Positions 9,673 through 19,770 of a stretch of DNA of 64,000 bases are shown piece by piece. The stretch spans positions 16,317-80,316 of the forward strand of contig CAIRZB010000114.1 of the NCBI GenBank assembly GCA_903882935.1, read 5' to 3'. The stretch is from an uncultured Parafilimonas sp. (lineage in GTDB: Bacteria > Bacteroidota > Bacteroidia > Chitinophagales > Chitinophagaceae). A program made the translations under genes and the position numbers. How positions within the stretch are numbered: the stretch's first letter is position 1; each line of letters opens with the position of its first letter. The notes under the pieces are model-generated. The model saw only the letters and a list, made by a program, of their open reading frames with translations, ran no database searches and was not told where the DNA came from.

Positions 9673-11097
9673 CTACCTATGCCTCAACCATTTCTCGGGG
9701 TCAAGGTTTACGCCCTTATCATTCGTAACCATAAACAACAACTGGCCTTCGCCACTGTCATCGGGCGCGGTGGTACCTATTAACTTACCGGCCCTAACTT
9801 CATCGCCTTTGTTAACACTTGCCGAGGCCAGGTTACTGTAGGCTGTAAAATATTTACCATGCCGCACCAGCACCGCCTGCTGCCCCCCCAAATCGAACAC
9901 GGAAGACACAACGCCGTCGGCTACGGCTTTTACAGCGGCACCCACGGGCAGTGCAATGTAAATACCGTCACTGTTCCCCCTTATACTTGTGCCGGGTATT
10001 TGGTATGCCCCAAAATGTATTGTAACAACGCCTGAGTTAACGGGCCAGGGCAGGTTGCCATGGTTGTTTTCAAAATTTAACGACTGGGTTAAGCCCTCTG
10101 GTGTTGACTCTAGCGGGGTGTATGTACGGTTACTTTTTACAACCGTAGGTGCTGGTTCCTCTGTTTTGGGCCTAACAACCGGTGGCTCAGCAACAGGTTT
10201 AGTAGCTGTTGGTGGTTGGTTATTTGCTGCGGCTACTCTCTTCCGCTCCGCCTCATCCCTTGCCAGCTGATCCTTTCTTTTCTTTTCTAAGGCCTCAGCC
10301 TCTGCAATTTTTCTAAGCCTTTCTTGCTCTTTTCGCTTGGCTTCCTCCAATTCCCTGCGTTTTGCCGCTTCTATTTCCCTTTGTATAATTTGGGCTAAAG
10401 CCTGTTTTAATTTAACCCTGTTTTTTTCATTTGTGCGTATTTGCCCGGCTATGGACTGTTCCTGGCTTTGCAGCTGCTGTACAAATTGGTCCTTCTGCTT
10501 TTTATCGTCTTCAAGTACCACTAATTGCTTGCCTTGTTCGCCCAGTACCCTGTTTTTGTCGGTTTTAACCAAGGTAAGGTTGCTTATTTTAGCCTGCCGT
10601 AACTGCTCGGTTTTAACAATTGCAATGGCTTGCAATTCCCTGCTTTGCCGGTAGCTTTTTAAATACGCAACCCGCCGCATGGCCTCGTTGAAGCTGGCGG
10701 CGGAAAAAAGAAAATTCAGGTAGTCGTAATTGCTGCGGTTCTTATAAGCAAACACCAAACTTTTTGAGTAACTGAGCTTAAGGGTATCCAACTGTAATTT
10801 TAGGTGGTCTATTTCCAATGCAGCCGAGGCTATGTCGTTGTCAAGCCGCTTAAGGTCTTTGCTAAGGTTTTCAACCATCGCCTCCCGTATTTTTATTTTC
10901 TTTTGCACAAGTGCAAGCTGGCTGATGGATTGCTTTTTATTTTTCTTAATCTGGTTAAGGGTATTGTTTAAGTCGTCCAGCTCATTCTGTAGGTCTTGCT
11001 GTTTTTTTTGTATTTCTTCTTTTGTTTCGGGTACCTGGGCATATAGCGTGGTGCTTATTGCGAAGGCAAGAAAAAAAACAACTATTCGTTTCAGCAT
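9673..11097 (-). CDS. murein hydrolase activator EnvC-like peptidoglycan DD-metalloendopeptidase (coiled-coil + M23 domain)
   Basis: A signal peptide is followed by a long coiled-coil region of about 250 aa. The C-terminus has the M23 peptidase signature, including HGKYFTAYSNLASASVNKGDEV. Confidence 0.85.
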   Translation of the reverse strand: MLKRIVVFFLAFAISTTLYAQVPETKEEIQKKQQDLQNELDDLNNTLNQIKKNKKQSISQLALVQKKIKIREAMVENLSKDLKRLDNDIASAALEIDHLKLQLDTLKLSYSKSLVFAYKNRSNYDYLNFLFSAASFNEAMRRVAYLKSYRQSRELQAIAIVKTEQLRQAKISNLTLVKTDKNRVLGEQGKQLVVLEDDKKQKDQFVQQLQSQEQSIAGQIRTNEKNRVKLKQALAQIIQREIEAAKRRELEEAKRKEQERLRKIAEAEALEKKRKDQLARDEAERKRVAAANNQPPTATKPVAEPPVVRPKTEEPAPTVVKSNRTYTPLESTPEGLTQSLNFENNHGNLPWPVNSGVVTIHFGAYQIPGTSIRGNSDGIYIALPVGAAVKAVADGVVSSVFDLGGQQAVLVRHGKYFTAYSNLASASVNKGDEVRAGKLIGTTAPDDSGEGQLLFMVTNDKGVNLDPEKWLRHR

Positions 11098-11158
11098 AAC
11101 TACAACGGTTAAGGTAGGCTATAATAATGGTAAGGTAACGCTTTGCCGTGGGCTTTTA

Positions 11159-11983
11159 TTATTTTAACTTATAACTTTTAGGTACCCGAAACAGAAAGCT
11201 CACTGGCTGGTTAAAGGCATATTGCTTAAAATTTAGGTTTATATCTACCTTGCCCTTTTCAGCAACGATAATTTCCCTGCTGGTTGAAAAACTTATATTG
11301 CCCAGCGTTTCGTAATCGTTGTAGGTAATATCACAGGTCCTGTTTCGCATAGGATCAACATCGTCAAGCTTACTGTGCACAATCCTCAGGTTTTTATTTT
11401 CCAGTGTTACAAGGTTTTTAAACAACCGGCTGATGATTAGTACCTGCAGGCCGCTTGCAGTTGATTTGTAGGAAACAATATTACTGTCAACAAAAACCGG
11501 GTTACCAACAATAACATCCTGTAAGTCGTAAAAGGTAAGGGGCACTTGCGACAGTTGCTGTAAAAAGCTGATGCTCCGGTACGAGACTGTTTTATCCAAC
11601 CCGTTCATAATCCTTAGGCTGTCTTTTGTTATCAGCAGCCGCATTACCTCAACATTTAACGCACCACCGCCCCGTATGTCAATCCAAATGGCGCTGTCTT
11701 TCCTTATATTAATGTTTGCAGTAACATGGTTATCGCTTTCGGCACCTTCATAGTCAACCTTTACTTTGGCAGAAAATGTTGCATAGTCAATGCGGGTGTG
11801 CGCCAAGTTTCCGATAATTTGTTTTACGATGGACAATGAATCCACTACCTCGGCAGGCTTTATAATAATAGCCCTGGTAGTGTCGATGTGGGCAATAGCA
11901 TTTTGTATTTTTTGTACTTTTTTTACAGTGTGGCATGCGTATAAGCCAAGCACCAAAAATGATATGGATACAATTTTTTTCAT
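11159..11983 (-). CDS. DUF4292 domain lipoprotein
   Basis: A lipoprotein signal peptide (LGLYAC) is present. DUF4292 genes are conserved neighbours of M23/EnvC-like genes in Bacteroidota. Confidence 0.55.
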   Translation of the reverse strand: MKKIVSISFLVLGLYACHTVKKVQKIQNAIAHIDTTRAIIIKPAEVVDSLSIVKQIIGNLAHTRIDYATFSAKVKVDYEGAESDNHVTANINIRKDSAIWIDIRGGGALNVEVMRLLITKDSLRIMNGLDKTVSYRSISFLQQLSQVPLTFYDLQDVIVGNPVFVDSNIVSYKSTASGLQVLIISRLFKNLVTLENKNLRIVHSKLDDVDPMRNRTCDITYNDYETLGNISFSTSREIIVAEKGKVDINLNFKQYAFNQPVSFLFRVPKSYKLK

Positions 11984-12001
11984 TTGTTAATTCTTTTAGT
12001 G

Positions 12002-12445
12002 TTACCCGCGCCCGGTATGGCCAAAGCCGCCCGTACCCCTTTGCGTTTCAGTCAATACCTCAACTGGTACCCATTCCGCCTGCTCAACGGCGGCAATAAC
12101 CATTTGCGCTATCCTGTCGCCTTGGTTTATTGTTTGTGTTTCATCCGACAAATTGATGAGTATCACTTTAACCTCACCCCTGTAATCAGCATCAATGGTG
12201 CCGGGCGAGTTGAGGCAGGTTATACCTTGCTTTATCGCCAAACCGCTACGGGGCCGTACCTGGGCCTCGTACCCAGAAGGCAACTCAATAAAAAGCCCCG
12301 TTGGCACCAATGCCCTTTGCATTGGCTTTAGCTGTAACGGCGTGCTTAGTTCGGCCCGCAAATCCATTCCCGCAGCACCGGCTGTTTCGTAGCCCGGCAG
12401 TGGGTTAGATGATTTGTTAACTATTTTTACCTGTATTTTTTCCAC
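12002..12445 (-). CDS. dut: dUTP diphosphatase
   Basis: All Dut motifs are present: [28 protein letters not shown] and RIAQMVI. Confidence 0.9.
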   Translation of the reverse strand: MEKIQVKIVNKSSNPLPGYETAGAAGMDLRAELSTPLQLKPMQRALVPTGLFIELPSGYEAQVRPRSGLAIKQGITCLNSPGTIDADYRGEVKVILINLSDETQTINQGDRIAQMVIAAVEQAEWVPVEVLTETQRGTGGFGHTGRG

Positions 12446-12677
12446 GGCAGCAAATGTAAGTAATCAATTCAGTTTCCTGTTGCAGGTTACCAGTTTCAGG
12501 TTTACGCGTTTATTGTTTTTAACTTTTTGGGTAGGTTAAATGCCCAAGGTGTAACAGGATGCTAAAATCAGCTTCGCGCCACAGCCGCCTTCCCCCATTT
12601 ATTCAGAAGTATCTTGATAGATTTCGCCAACCTGCCGTTGCCAGCATAGAAATCAACAAACGTGAAGCTAAAAAAAC

Positions 12678-13157
12678 CTATTTTTCGGCAATCAGCACCG
12701 ATGCGTAGGCTACCAAACCCTCCTCCCGGCCCACGAAACCCATTTTTTCGGTGGTGGTGGCCTTTATGGATACATCTTTTAGCCGCATTTGCAAAATACT
12801 GGCTATGGTTTGCTGCATAGCGGGTATATGGGGTTTTATTTTGGGTCTCTCCAAACACAGGGTGGTATCAATATTTATTATTTTGTAGCCCTCTATATCA
12901 ATCAGCCGCGCCGTTCTTTCCAGCAATATTTTGCTGTCTATATTTTTAAACTCGGCCGATGTATCGGGAAAATGAACGCCTATATCACCCAAACAGGCGG
13001 CACCTAGCAAAGCATCGCAAATGGCATGCAGCAGCACATCGGCATCGCTGTGGCCCAAGGCACCCTTTTCGTGCGGTATATGAATGCCGCCCAGCCAAAA
13101 ATCACGCCCTTCAACCAACTGGTGAAAATCTACCCCAAACCCAATACGTATACTCAT
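12678..13157 (-). CDS. ispF: 2-C-methyl-D-erythritol 2,4-cyclodiphosphate synthase
   Basis: The motifs GFGVDFHQL, GHSDADVLLHAICDALLGA and IDTTLCLERPKI match IspF. Confidence 0.9.
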   Translation of the reverse strand: MSIRIGFGVDFHQLVEGRDFWLGGIHIPHEKGALGHSDADVLLHAICDALLGAACLGDIGVHFPDTSAEFKNIDSKILLERTARLIDIEGYKIINIDTTLCLERPKIKPHIPAMQQTIASILQMRLKDVSIKATTTEKMGFVGREEGLVAYASVLIAEK

Positions 13158-13272
13158 ACAATTGTTTTAATGCCCTTTTTTGGCCAAGCAAAAATAACGG
13201 GCCTTTACTACCCAAATAAAAAAAGATGGGGAGCCTGCCCCATCTTCAATTAATTATTAACACAAATAATGG

Positions 13273-14436
13273 TTATTCTGATGAAGGCTCGTTGCCGCTG
13301 TTGCTGCCGGCGCCTATATCGAAAGTTAGGCCAAATCGTAACGTGTTACTAAGCGGGTTGCGGGTAATACCGTTGCCTGCCGGTGCGAGGTATGAAAAAT
13401 TAAGCATCACAGACTCGTACCGTAAGCCAACGCCGGCAGAAAAAAACTGCCTGTTGCCTTGGTCTTTTGGTTCGTAAAAATACCCTGCCCGCGCAAAAAA
13501 TTGGTCGTTGTAGCCATATTCCAAACCAACCGACCCCGTGTAAGCATTGTTGCTAAAAGATTTAAACCAGCTTTGAAACACACTGTTGCTATGGTAGCTT
13601 GCCAAACTGGCCGAGTCTTGGGTAAAATCGCCCGTAGCCACTGGTATTGAAGGTACCAGCAACTTATTTACCTCGGCGGCAAGTGTAAATTTGCTGGTTT
13701 CATCAAACACCCAGGAGTACGCTGCCCCAAGGCCAAGGTTTGCAGGAATAAAATCCTTTGCGGTGGCATCATCGGTATAACCAATTTTACCGCCTAAGTT
13801 TGATATAGACAATCCCCAGGCAAAACCCTGCCCTTCCTCACTTAGCCCGTTGTAAAATAATGATAAGTCACCCGCTACGGTAGTACCGGCCTTATAGGTT
13901 ACCCCGTTAAAACTTTGCCCATTTGCAAGGTTAGAATTAATGTACCGCAAGGCTATGCCAACCGCCAGCTTTGGTGCTATTTTGCGGGAATAACCGAGGT
14001 CGGCCGCGAATTCTCTTGGCCTGCCGGTGTTTAATTGGTTGCCGTTATAATCAACAAATTGAATAGAACCAAGGTTAAAATAACGCAGCGAGGCCGATAC
14101 GGCACCCCCATCTTCAAATTTATGGTAGCCGGCCAACGATGCCAGGTAAACATCCTGCGCTATATCTCTTAACCAAGGGGTATAGGTAAAACCAATGGAA
14201 TTTTCGCTTTTGGCAAAAGGTGTCTTAGCCAAGTTCCAAAACCCTGCATTTGCATCTGGGCTAATGGCCAAACCGCAATCGCCCATACCACCCGCCCGAG
14301 AGTCAGGGGAAATCCTTAAAAAAGGTACTGACGTGGTAACAATATTTACTGACTGGGTTTGTGCAATGGCACCTGCACTTACAAAAAGGCCTAAAAAAAT
14401 ACCTATGGCAATTTTTTTACAAACTATTTGATTCAT
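13273..14436 (-). CDS. porV: type IX secretion system outer-membrane protein PorV/LptO
   Basis: The signal peptide is followed by VPFLRISPDSRAGGMGDCGLAISPD, characteristic of PorV. Overall it has beta-barrel character. Confidence 0.8.
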   Translation of the reverse strand: MNQIVCKKIAIGIFLGLFVSAGAIAQTQSVNIVTTSVPFLRISPDSRAGGMGDCGLAISPDANAGFWNLAKTPFAKSENSIGFTYTPWLRDIAQDVYLASLAGYHKFEDGGAVSASLRYFNLGSIQFVDYNGNQLNTGRPREFAADLGYSRKIAPKLAVGIALRYINSNLANGQSFNGVTYKAGTTVAGDLSLFYNGLSEEGQGFAWGLSISNLGGKIGYTDDATAKDFIPANLGLGAAYSWVFDETSKFTLAAEVNKLLVPSIPVATGDFTQDSASLASYHSNSVFQSWFKSFSNNAYTGSVGLEYGYNDQFFARAGYFYEPKDQGNRQFFSAGVGLRYESVMLNFSYLAPAGNGITRNPLSNTLRFGLTFDIGAGSNSGNEPSSE

Positions 14437-14789
14437 TATTCTGTAGGTTTTTTCGCTTTAAAAATAGCTGAACGAGCTTATGTACGGTAAATTTTGCTGT
14501 CCAGTGCTGTTTTAGGTAAAAATAGAATCAAATATTCGGCAGTTAAGTTTAATTTGTAGGAAATGTGAAAGTAAAGAAAGTTTCTGTGCGTGCAAGCAAC
14601 CCGACTGTTATTTTTATATTACCGGTAAAAAAATGGGCATTATTAACTGTAAAAAACTAGATTGCGCATAAATATGTTGCAACTATGTGCAACGTAAATG
14701 GCAAATAATTATATTCGCAAATTATTACGTACCAAACAATAACTTTAGCCGCATTTCGTTTTGATTAGTTAGTTAAATTGTGTAACCAA

Positions 14790-16334
14790 ATGTTAAAATC
14801 AACCAGTAACAAATTACTATTGGCTTTTGCAGTGCTGGCTTTTGCCTCCTGCTCGAAAAAAACCGAAAAATCGTCTGTGACGGGCTGGAACTATAATGAC
14901 AAAACCCAAGGCGGGTTTTATGTTGCCAAGCCGAAGGATGTTAAAACTGGCCCTGGCCTTGTTTTTGTACAAGGCGGTACGTTTACCATGGGTGCCACAC
15001 AGGAAGATGTGATGGGCGACTGGAACAACACGCCACGTAGGGTTACCGTGAACTCATTTTTTATTGACAAAACGGAAGTAGCCAACGTACACTACCGTGA
15101 ATACCTGCACTGGTTAGAGAATGTTTTTTCCGACCCACAATTTGATGCCGTTATACAGGGTGCCAAACCCGACACGCTAGTTTGGCGTAGCGAATTGGCC
15201 TATAATGAACCTTATGTGGAATACTATTTCCGCCACCCCTCCTATAATTATTACCCGGTGGTAGGTGTTACTTGGAAGCAGGCACACGACTTTTGCATTT
15301 GGAGAACTGACCGTGTAAATGAATTGCAATTGATTAAATCAGGTTTCCAAAAGCCGAATGTTTTGAAAACTGAATTGAATGCCGGGGGTTCGGAAAACTT
15401 CAATACAAAGTCGTATCTGATGGGCGAGTATGTAGGCATACCAAGCAAGCCCAAAAACAAGAAATATGCGTTAATGGATGCGCAAGGCCGCCCAAGAAAT
15501 ACCGTAAATTTTGAGGATGGCGTATTGTTTCCTGATTATAGGCTTCCAACTGAAGCGGAATGGGAATACGCAGCATTGGGTTATGTAAGCCAAAACCCAC
15601 AGCCCCGCAAAAACCAAAAAAACAGGGGTGAGGAACTGATTGCCAACAAACAGATATACTCTTGGAAAAATGACGGATTCGACAACCTGCGTGCTACAGC
15701 ACATGGCGCATGGCAAGGTGCATTTTTGGCAAACTTTAAGCGTGGCAATGGTGACTACATGGGTACAGCAGGCGGTTTGAACGACCGTTCGGCAATACCC
15801 GCATCAGTTACTTCGTTTTTTCCCAATGGTTTTGGCCTTTATAATATGAGCGGCAATGTTAACGAGTGGGTGGCGGATGTGTACAGGCCAACCACCAACA
15901 TTGAGGAAAAAGACTTAAACCCCTACCGTGGTAACGTATTTAAAAAAGTTGACATGAGCGGCGGCCAAGGCAACCTGCGCGACAGCTTGGGCCGTATTAA
16001 AGAAATACCGGAATCTGACTCAGTATTGGCCAACCGCCGTAACTACCAACATGCTTATGCAAAAGACAATTTAGACGGTGATGCACTAAGTAAGGTGGGC
16101 TACGACTATGGTGTAACCACTTTAATTAGCGACAAGGCGAGGGTTATAAAAGGCGGCAGCTGGGATGATATGCCTTACTGGCTAAGCCCAGGCACCAGAC
16201 GCTTTTTAGAAGAAGATGAAAGCAGCAGCACCATTGGTTTCCGTTGCGCCATGACGCACTATGGCGGTCCGGAAGGCACCTCCAGCAAATTGGAAAATGG
16301 CAACTTTTTCCCAAAAGCACGGCAAAAAAGATAA
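14790..16334 (+). CDS. gldJ: gliding motility lipoprotein GldJ (FGE-sulfatase-like fold)
   Basis: Has the lipoprotein signal LAFAVLAFASC and the conserved GGTFTMGATQEDVMGDWNNTPRRVTVNSFFIDKTEV block of GldJ. Confidence 0.8.
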   Translation: MLKSTSNKLLLAFAVLAFASCSKKTEKSSVTGWNYNDKTQGGFYVAKPKDVKTGPGLVFVQGGTFTMGATQEDVMGDWNNTPRRVTVNSFFIDKTEVANVHYREYLHWLENVFSDPQFDAVIQGAKPDTLVWRSELAYNEPYVEYYFRHPSYNYYPVVGVTWKQAHDFCIWRTDRVNELQLIKSGFQKPNVLKTELNAGGSENFNTKSYLMGEYVGIPSKPKNKKYALMDAQGRPRNTVNFEDGVLFPDYRLPTEAEWEYAALGYVSQNPQPRKNQKNRGEELIANKQIYSWKNDGFDNLRATAHGAWQGAFLANFKRGNGDYMGTAGGLNDRSAIPASVTSFFPNGFGLYNMSGNVNEWVADVYRPTTNIEEKDLNPYRGNVFKKVDMSGGQGNLRDSLGRIKEIPESDSVLANRRNYQHAYAKDNLDGDALSKVGYDYGVTTLISDKARVIKGGSWDDMPYWLSPGTRRFLEEDESSSTIGFRCAMTHYGGPEGTSSKLENGNFFPKARQKR

Positions 16335-16355
16335 TGTTTTAAAATAGCTAAAAAA

Positions 16356-16384
16356 GGCCCCCGTTAAAAGCGGGGGCTTTTTTA
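16356..16384 (+). terminator. Rho-independent terminator downstream of gldJ
   Basis: A GCCCCCG stem with loop TTAAAAG, followed by TTTTTTATT. Confidence 0.7.
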
Positions 16385-16397
16385 TTAGATTTGCCCC

Positions 16398-17258
16398 ATG
16401 AAAAGCGTTGATGAGCAACTTAGCCACTTAATTAGGGAGGCCTTACAGGAGGATATTGGCGATGGGGACCACTCAACTTTAAGCTGCATCCCCCCCACCC
16501 AAAAAGGTACAGCTGTACTAAAAATAAAACAAAACGGCATGTTGGCCGGCGTTAGGGTAGCGGAGAAAATATTTGCTTTGGTAGAACCAACGGCCATCTT
16601 CACACAATTTAAAAAAGATGGTGATGCCATGGTTGCGGGCGAAACCGCATTTGAGGTTGAAGCGGGAATACATACCATACTGGGTTGCGAACGGCTGGTG
16701 CTAAACTGCATGCAACGCATGAGCGGCATTGCCACCCTTACCCATACTTTTGTTGAAAAACTGCAAGGCTATAAAACTAAGATACTGGATACCCGTAAAA
16801 CCACCCCCAATTTTAGGCTGTTGGAGAAAGAAGCCGTGCGTATTGGAGGGGGTACCAACCACCGGTATGGCCTTTATGACATGATAATGCTGAAAGACAA
16901 CCACATAGACTACGCAGGGGGCTTAGAGCCAGCTATTAAAAAAGCCTGGCAATACGTGCAGCAGCATAAGCCCGGGTTGAAAATTGAAGTGGAAACTAGG
17001 AGCATTGACGACGTAAAACAGGTAGGCGCCATTGGCCAGGGAAAGGTGTTTAGGATAATGCTGGATAATTTTACACCCCCGCAAATTGCGGAAGCGTTAT
17101 TAATTATTAACCACCAATTTGAAACCGAGGCGAGCGGTGGCATAAACCTAGACAATATTACCGCATATGCAGAAACCGGGGTTGATTACATTAGTGCTGG
17201 CGGGCTGATACACCAAGCCAAAAGTTTGGATTTGAGTTTAAAGGCCGAAATTGGCTAA
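16398..17258 (+). CDS. nadC: nicotinate-nucleotide diphosphorylase (carboxylating) / quinolinate phosphoribosyltransferase
   Basis: The blocks LDTRKTTPNFRLLEKEAVRIGGGTNHR and IMLDNF match NadC. Confidence 0.9.
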   Translation: MKSVDEQLSHLIREALQEDIGDGDHSTLSCIPPTQKGTAVLKIKQNGMLAGVRVAEKIFALVEPTAIFTQFKKDGDAMVAGETAFEVEAGIHTILGCERLVLNCMQRMSGIATLTHTFVEKLQGYKTKILDTRKTTPNFRLLEKEAVRIGGGTNHRYGLYDMIMLKDNHIDYAGGLEPAIKKAWQYVQQHKPGLKIEVETRSIDDVKQVGAIGQGKVFRIMLDNFTPPQIAEALLIINHQFETEASGGINLDNITAYAETGVDYISAGGLIHQAKSLDLSLKAEIG

Positions 17259-17266
17259 ATTTATAC

Positions 17267-18670
17267 ATGGCTTCATTACTATATACCGCTGAAAAGTTAA
17301 GCGAACTGCCTTTTTTAGAAGCAATAAACCTGCTAAAAAAGGAGGCGGATAGCTATAAGCCATTGCTAAATGAAGCCGAAGACCTGGTTTTGCAAAAGTT
17401 TAGGCTTGATTGGAATTACCACTCCAACGCTATTGAAGGCAATAAACTAACTTACGGGGAAACAGTTGCCTTTATTATGGAAGGTGTTACTGCGAAAGGC
17501 AAAACCCTAAAGGACCATTTAGATATTAAAGGGCATGACGACGCCGTTAAATACCTTTTACATTTTGTAAAGGAAGAAGGCTATTTATTAACGGAGGCGG
17601 ATATCCGTAACCTGCACCAAACTATTTTAAAGGAACCTTATTTCTCCAATGCGGTTACCCCATCCGGTTCGCCTACCCGTAAGGAAATAAAGATAGGCCA
17701 ATATAAGTCAAGCCCCAACCATGTAATTACCCCTACCGGGGAAACGCATTATTATGCCACACCGGAGGACACCCCCATAAAAATGGGTGGGTTAATGGCG
17801 TTTTATAGGGATGCAAAAAACAATACCTCCATCCACCCGTTGGTGTTGGCAACCTTGTTTCACCATGAATTTACCAATATCCACCCTTTTGACGATGGCA
17901 ACGGCAGGATGGCAAGGCTGTTGATGAACCTAATGCTAATGCAGGAAGGCTACCCGCCAATTGTTGTTAAACAGGATGACCGTACCAATTACTACCAAGT
18001 ATTAAGGCAGGCGGATGCCGGGGAAACTATACCGATTGTTGAATATATGAGCGAATTGTTAAAACACTCATTGAATATTTATATTGCCGGTGCCAAAGGG
18101 AAGAGCATTGAGGAAGAAGATGATATTGATAAAGAGATTGCGCTGTTTAAGAAGGGGTTGGAGGAGGATAAGGTTAAATATAAGAAGAGCAATAAGATGG
18201 TTGAGCGTACCATTAGAGAGTCCATTATGCCTTTTTTTAGTTTTCTATTTGATAAATTAAATAAACTAGAAGATTTATTTGTTGAAATAAGGAGAAGTAT
18301 CCTTTATAATGAAACACATTTGGGAATAGAAATTGATAAACACGGCATAACCTTCGGAGAAACGTCTTTATACAAATACAGCAATTTAATTTACAAAAGT
18401 CCCGACAAGATAGCATCAGAGGAAATATTAACAGTCGGAATTTATTTTGAAGCATTCAAGAAAACAAAGCCTCCCATTTCAAAAAGATTAGAATATAAAG
18501 TAAAATTTGAGGAATATAGCTATTCTATATTTCGTGAAGATATGCTTGTGCGCGAAAATCTTTTGCAAGAAACTTACGGTCAACAAGTATCTAAGGAGAC
18601 AATAAAGGGTATATGCAACAAAGAGATCAAGGCCTTTTTAGAAACCCTAAAAAACATTCCCAATGAGTAA
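17267..18670 (+). CDS. Fic family protein (class II: N-terminal inhibitory SxxxEG motif plus HPFDDGNGRMAR active site) with AT-rich C-terminal extension
   Basis: SNAIEGN matches the (S/T)xxxE(G/N) inhibitory motif. HPFDDGNGRMARLLMNLMLM matches the Fic HxFx(D/E)GNGRxxR active site. The last roughly 150 codons are visibly AT-richer than the rest of the gene. Confidence 0.85.
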   Translation: MASLLYTAEKLSELPFLEAINLLKKEADSYKPLLNEAEDLVLQKFRLDWNYHSNAIEGNKLTYGETVAFIMEGVTAKGKTLKDHLDIKGHDDAVKYLLHFVKEEGYLLTEADIRNLHQTILKEPYFSNAVTPSGSPTRKEIKIGQYKSSPNHVITPTGETHYYATPEDTPIKMGGLMAFYRDAKNNTSIHPLVLATLFHHEFTNIHPFDDGNGRMARLLMNLMLMQEGYPPIVVKQDDRTNYYQVLRQADAGETIPIVEYMSELLKHSLNIYIAGAKGKSIEEEDDIDKEIALFKKGLEEDKVKYKKSNKMVERTIRESIMPFFSFLFDKLNKLEDLFVEIRRSILYNETHLGIEIDKHGITFGETSLYKYSNLIYKSPDKIASEEILTVGIYFEAFKKTKPPISKRLEYKVKFEEYSYSIFREDMLVRENLLQETYGQQVSKETIKGICNKEIKAFLETLKNIPNE

Positions 18671-19004
18671 AAAAAACATCCCTGACAGCAGGGGTTTTGT
18701 ATACAGCACCGACCCCAATTTTGGTTTTGAACGAGAGGAAAATAACATTGAAACCCTACTGCCCGCCAAACAGAAGTTACGGATATTGCTTGACAAAAAA
18801 CAACGCGGGGGCAAAATAGTGAGCCTTATAACCGGTTTTATAGGCACTGATGAAGACCTACAGGATTTAGGCAAGAAGCTAAAGAATGCCTGCGGTACAG
18901 GTGGCAGTGCGAAGGATAACGAAATATTGGTACAAGGCGACCAACGAGATAAGATATTGCAATGGCTGCTTAAGAATGGCTATACAGGTACTAAAAAAGT
19001 GTAG
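18663..19004 (+). CDS. yciH: translation initiation factor SUI1/YciH family protein
   Basis: The blocks LRILLDKKQRGGKIVSLITGF, ACGTGGSAKDNEILVQGDQRDKI and a 113-aa length match the family. The start overlaps the Fic stop by 8 nt. Confidence 0.8.
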   Translation: MSKKNIPDSRGFVYSTDPNFGFEREENNIETLLPAKQKLRILLDKKQRGGKIVSLITGFIGTDEDLQDLGKKLKNACGTGGSAKDNEILVQGDQRDKILQWLLKNGYTGTKKV

Positions 19005-19020
19005 GCTGTTTACATTAATA

Positions 19021-19560
19021 TTACACAACAGCCGCTTTGCGCTGGCCAATATTATTTAACACCACCACAGGCGTGGCCAAGGCACCAACATTTTTATCCA
19101 CGGCTGTTGTTACCTTACCCCATTTAATGCTAAACCAAAACCTTTCGTGCAGCCAGAACAGGCCTACCTTGGTTATTACCTCTGTGGCACCGATGGCAAA
19201 GGCTGCCTTGTAATTACCTGTCCAAAAAAAAGCCAGCAACATCGTATCAATCGTACCAAAAAAACGCCAGCTCACCCCTTTTAAAATACTCCGGTAATGC
19301 TTCTCCCCTATCACCGTTTTTTTGTCTTCGGCATACATCCTCCCAAAGCGAATATTCCCCCACACAAAGCGCTCGTGTAAATAAAACAGGCCGATTTTAG
19401 TACCAACCTCGCTCAGGCCAATTTTTAATGCCGCGCTGATATGGCCGGTAAAAATATATGACAGTAAAATGGTGTCGCAGGTGGCAAAAACCCTCCAGGA
19501 GGTTGCCTTAATAAAAATGCGCAACGAGGTATCTGCGCCAAAAAAAGATGCTTTTGCCAA
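19021..19560 (-). CDS. tandem DUF2061-like membrane protein
   Basis: Two repeats each contain an LHERFW-type motif in hydrophobic context. Confidence 0.45.
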   Translation of the reverse strand: MAKASFFGADTSLRIFIKATSWRVFATCDTILLSYIFTGHISAALKIGLSEVGTKIGLFYLHERFVWGNIRFGRMYAEDKKTVIGEKHYRSILKGVSWRFFGTIDTMLLAFFWTGNYKAAFAIGATEVITKVGLFWLHERFWFSIKWGKVTTAVDKNVGALATPVVVLNNIGQRKAAVV

Positions 19561-19741
19561 AATATAGAGTTATAAACGTTGAGTAAACATTAATCCTACC
19601 GATAAAATAGGATATGCAAATGTATATATTTATAGTACCCCACCAATTAAATAGACTGCTATTTTTGTGAGAAATGTAAAACCCATGACAAAACCGCGCA
19701 GCTACAGTGGGTACAGCCACTGCGGGGTGGGTGCTATTCTT

Positions 19742-19749
19742 TATCTTTG
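19742..19749 (+). promoter_or_regulatory. Bacteroidota sigma-A -7 box (TAtcTTTG) upstream of mnmA
   Basis: The TAnnTTTG consensus lies 22 nt upstream of the mnmA start codon. Confidence 0.35.
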
Positions 19750-19770
19750 CACAAAAATTGAGGGATTGAC

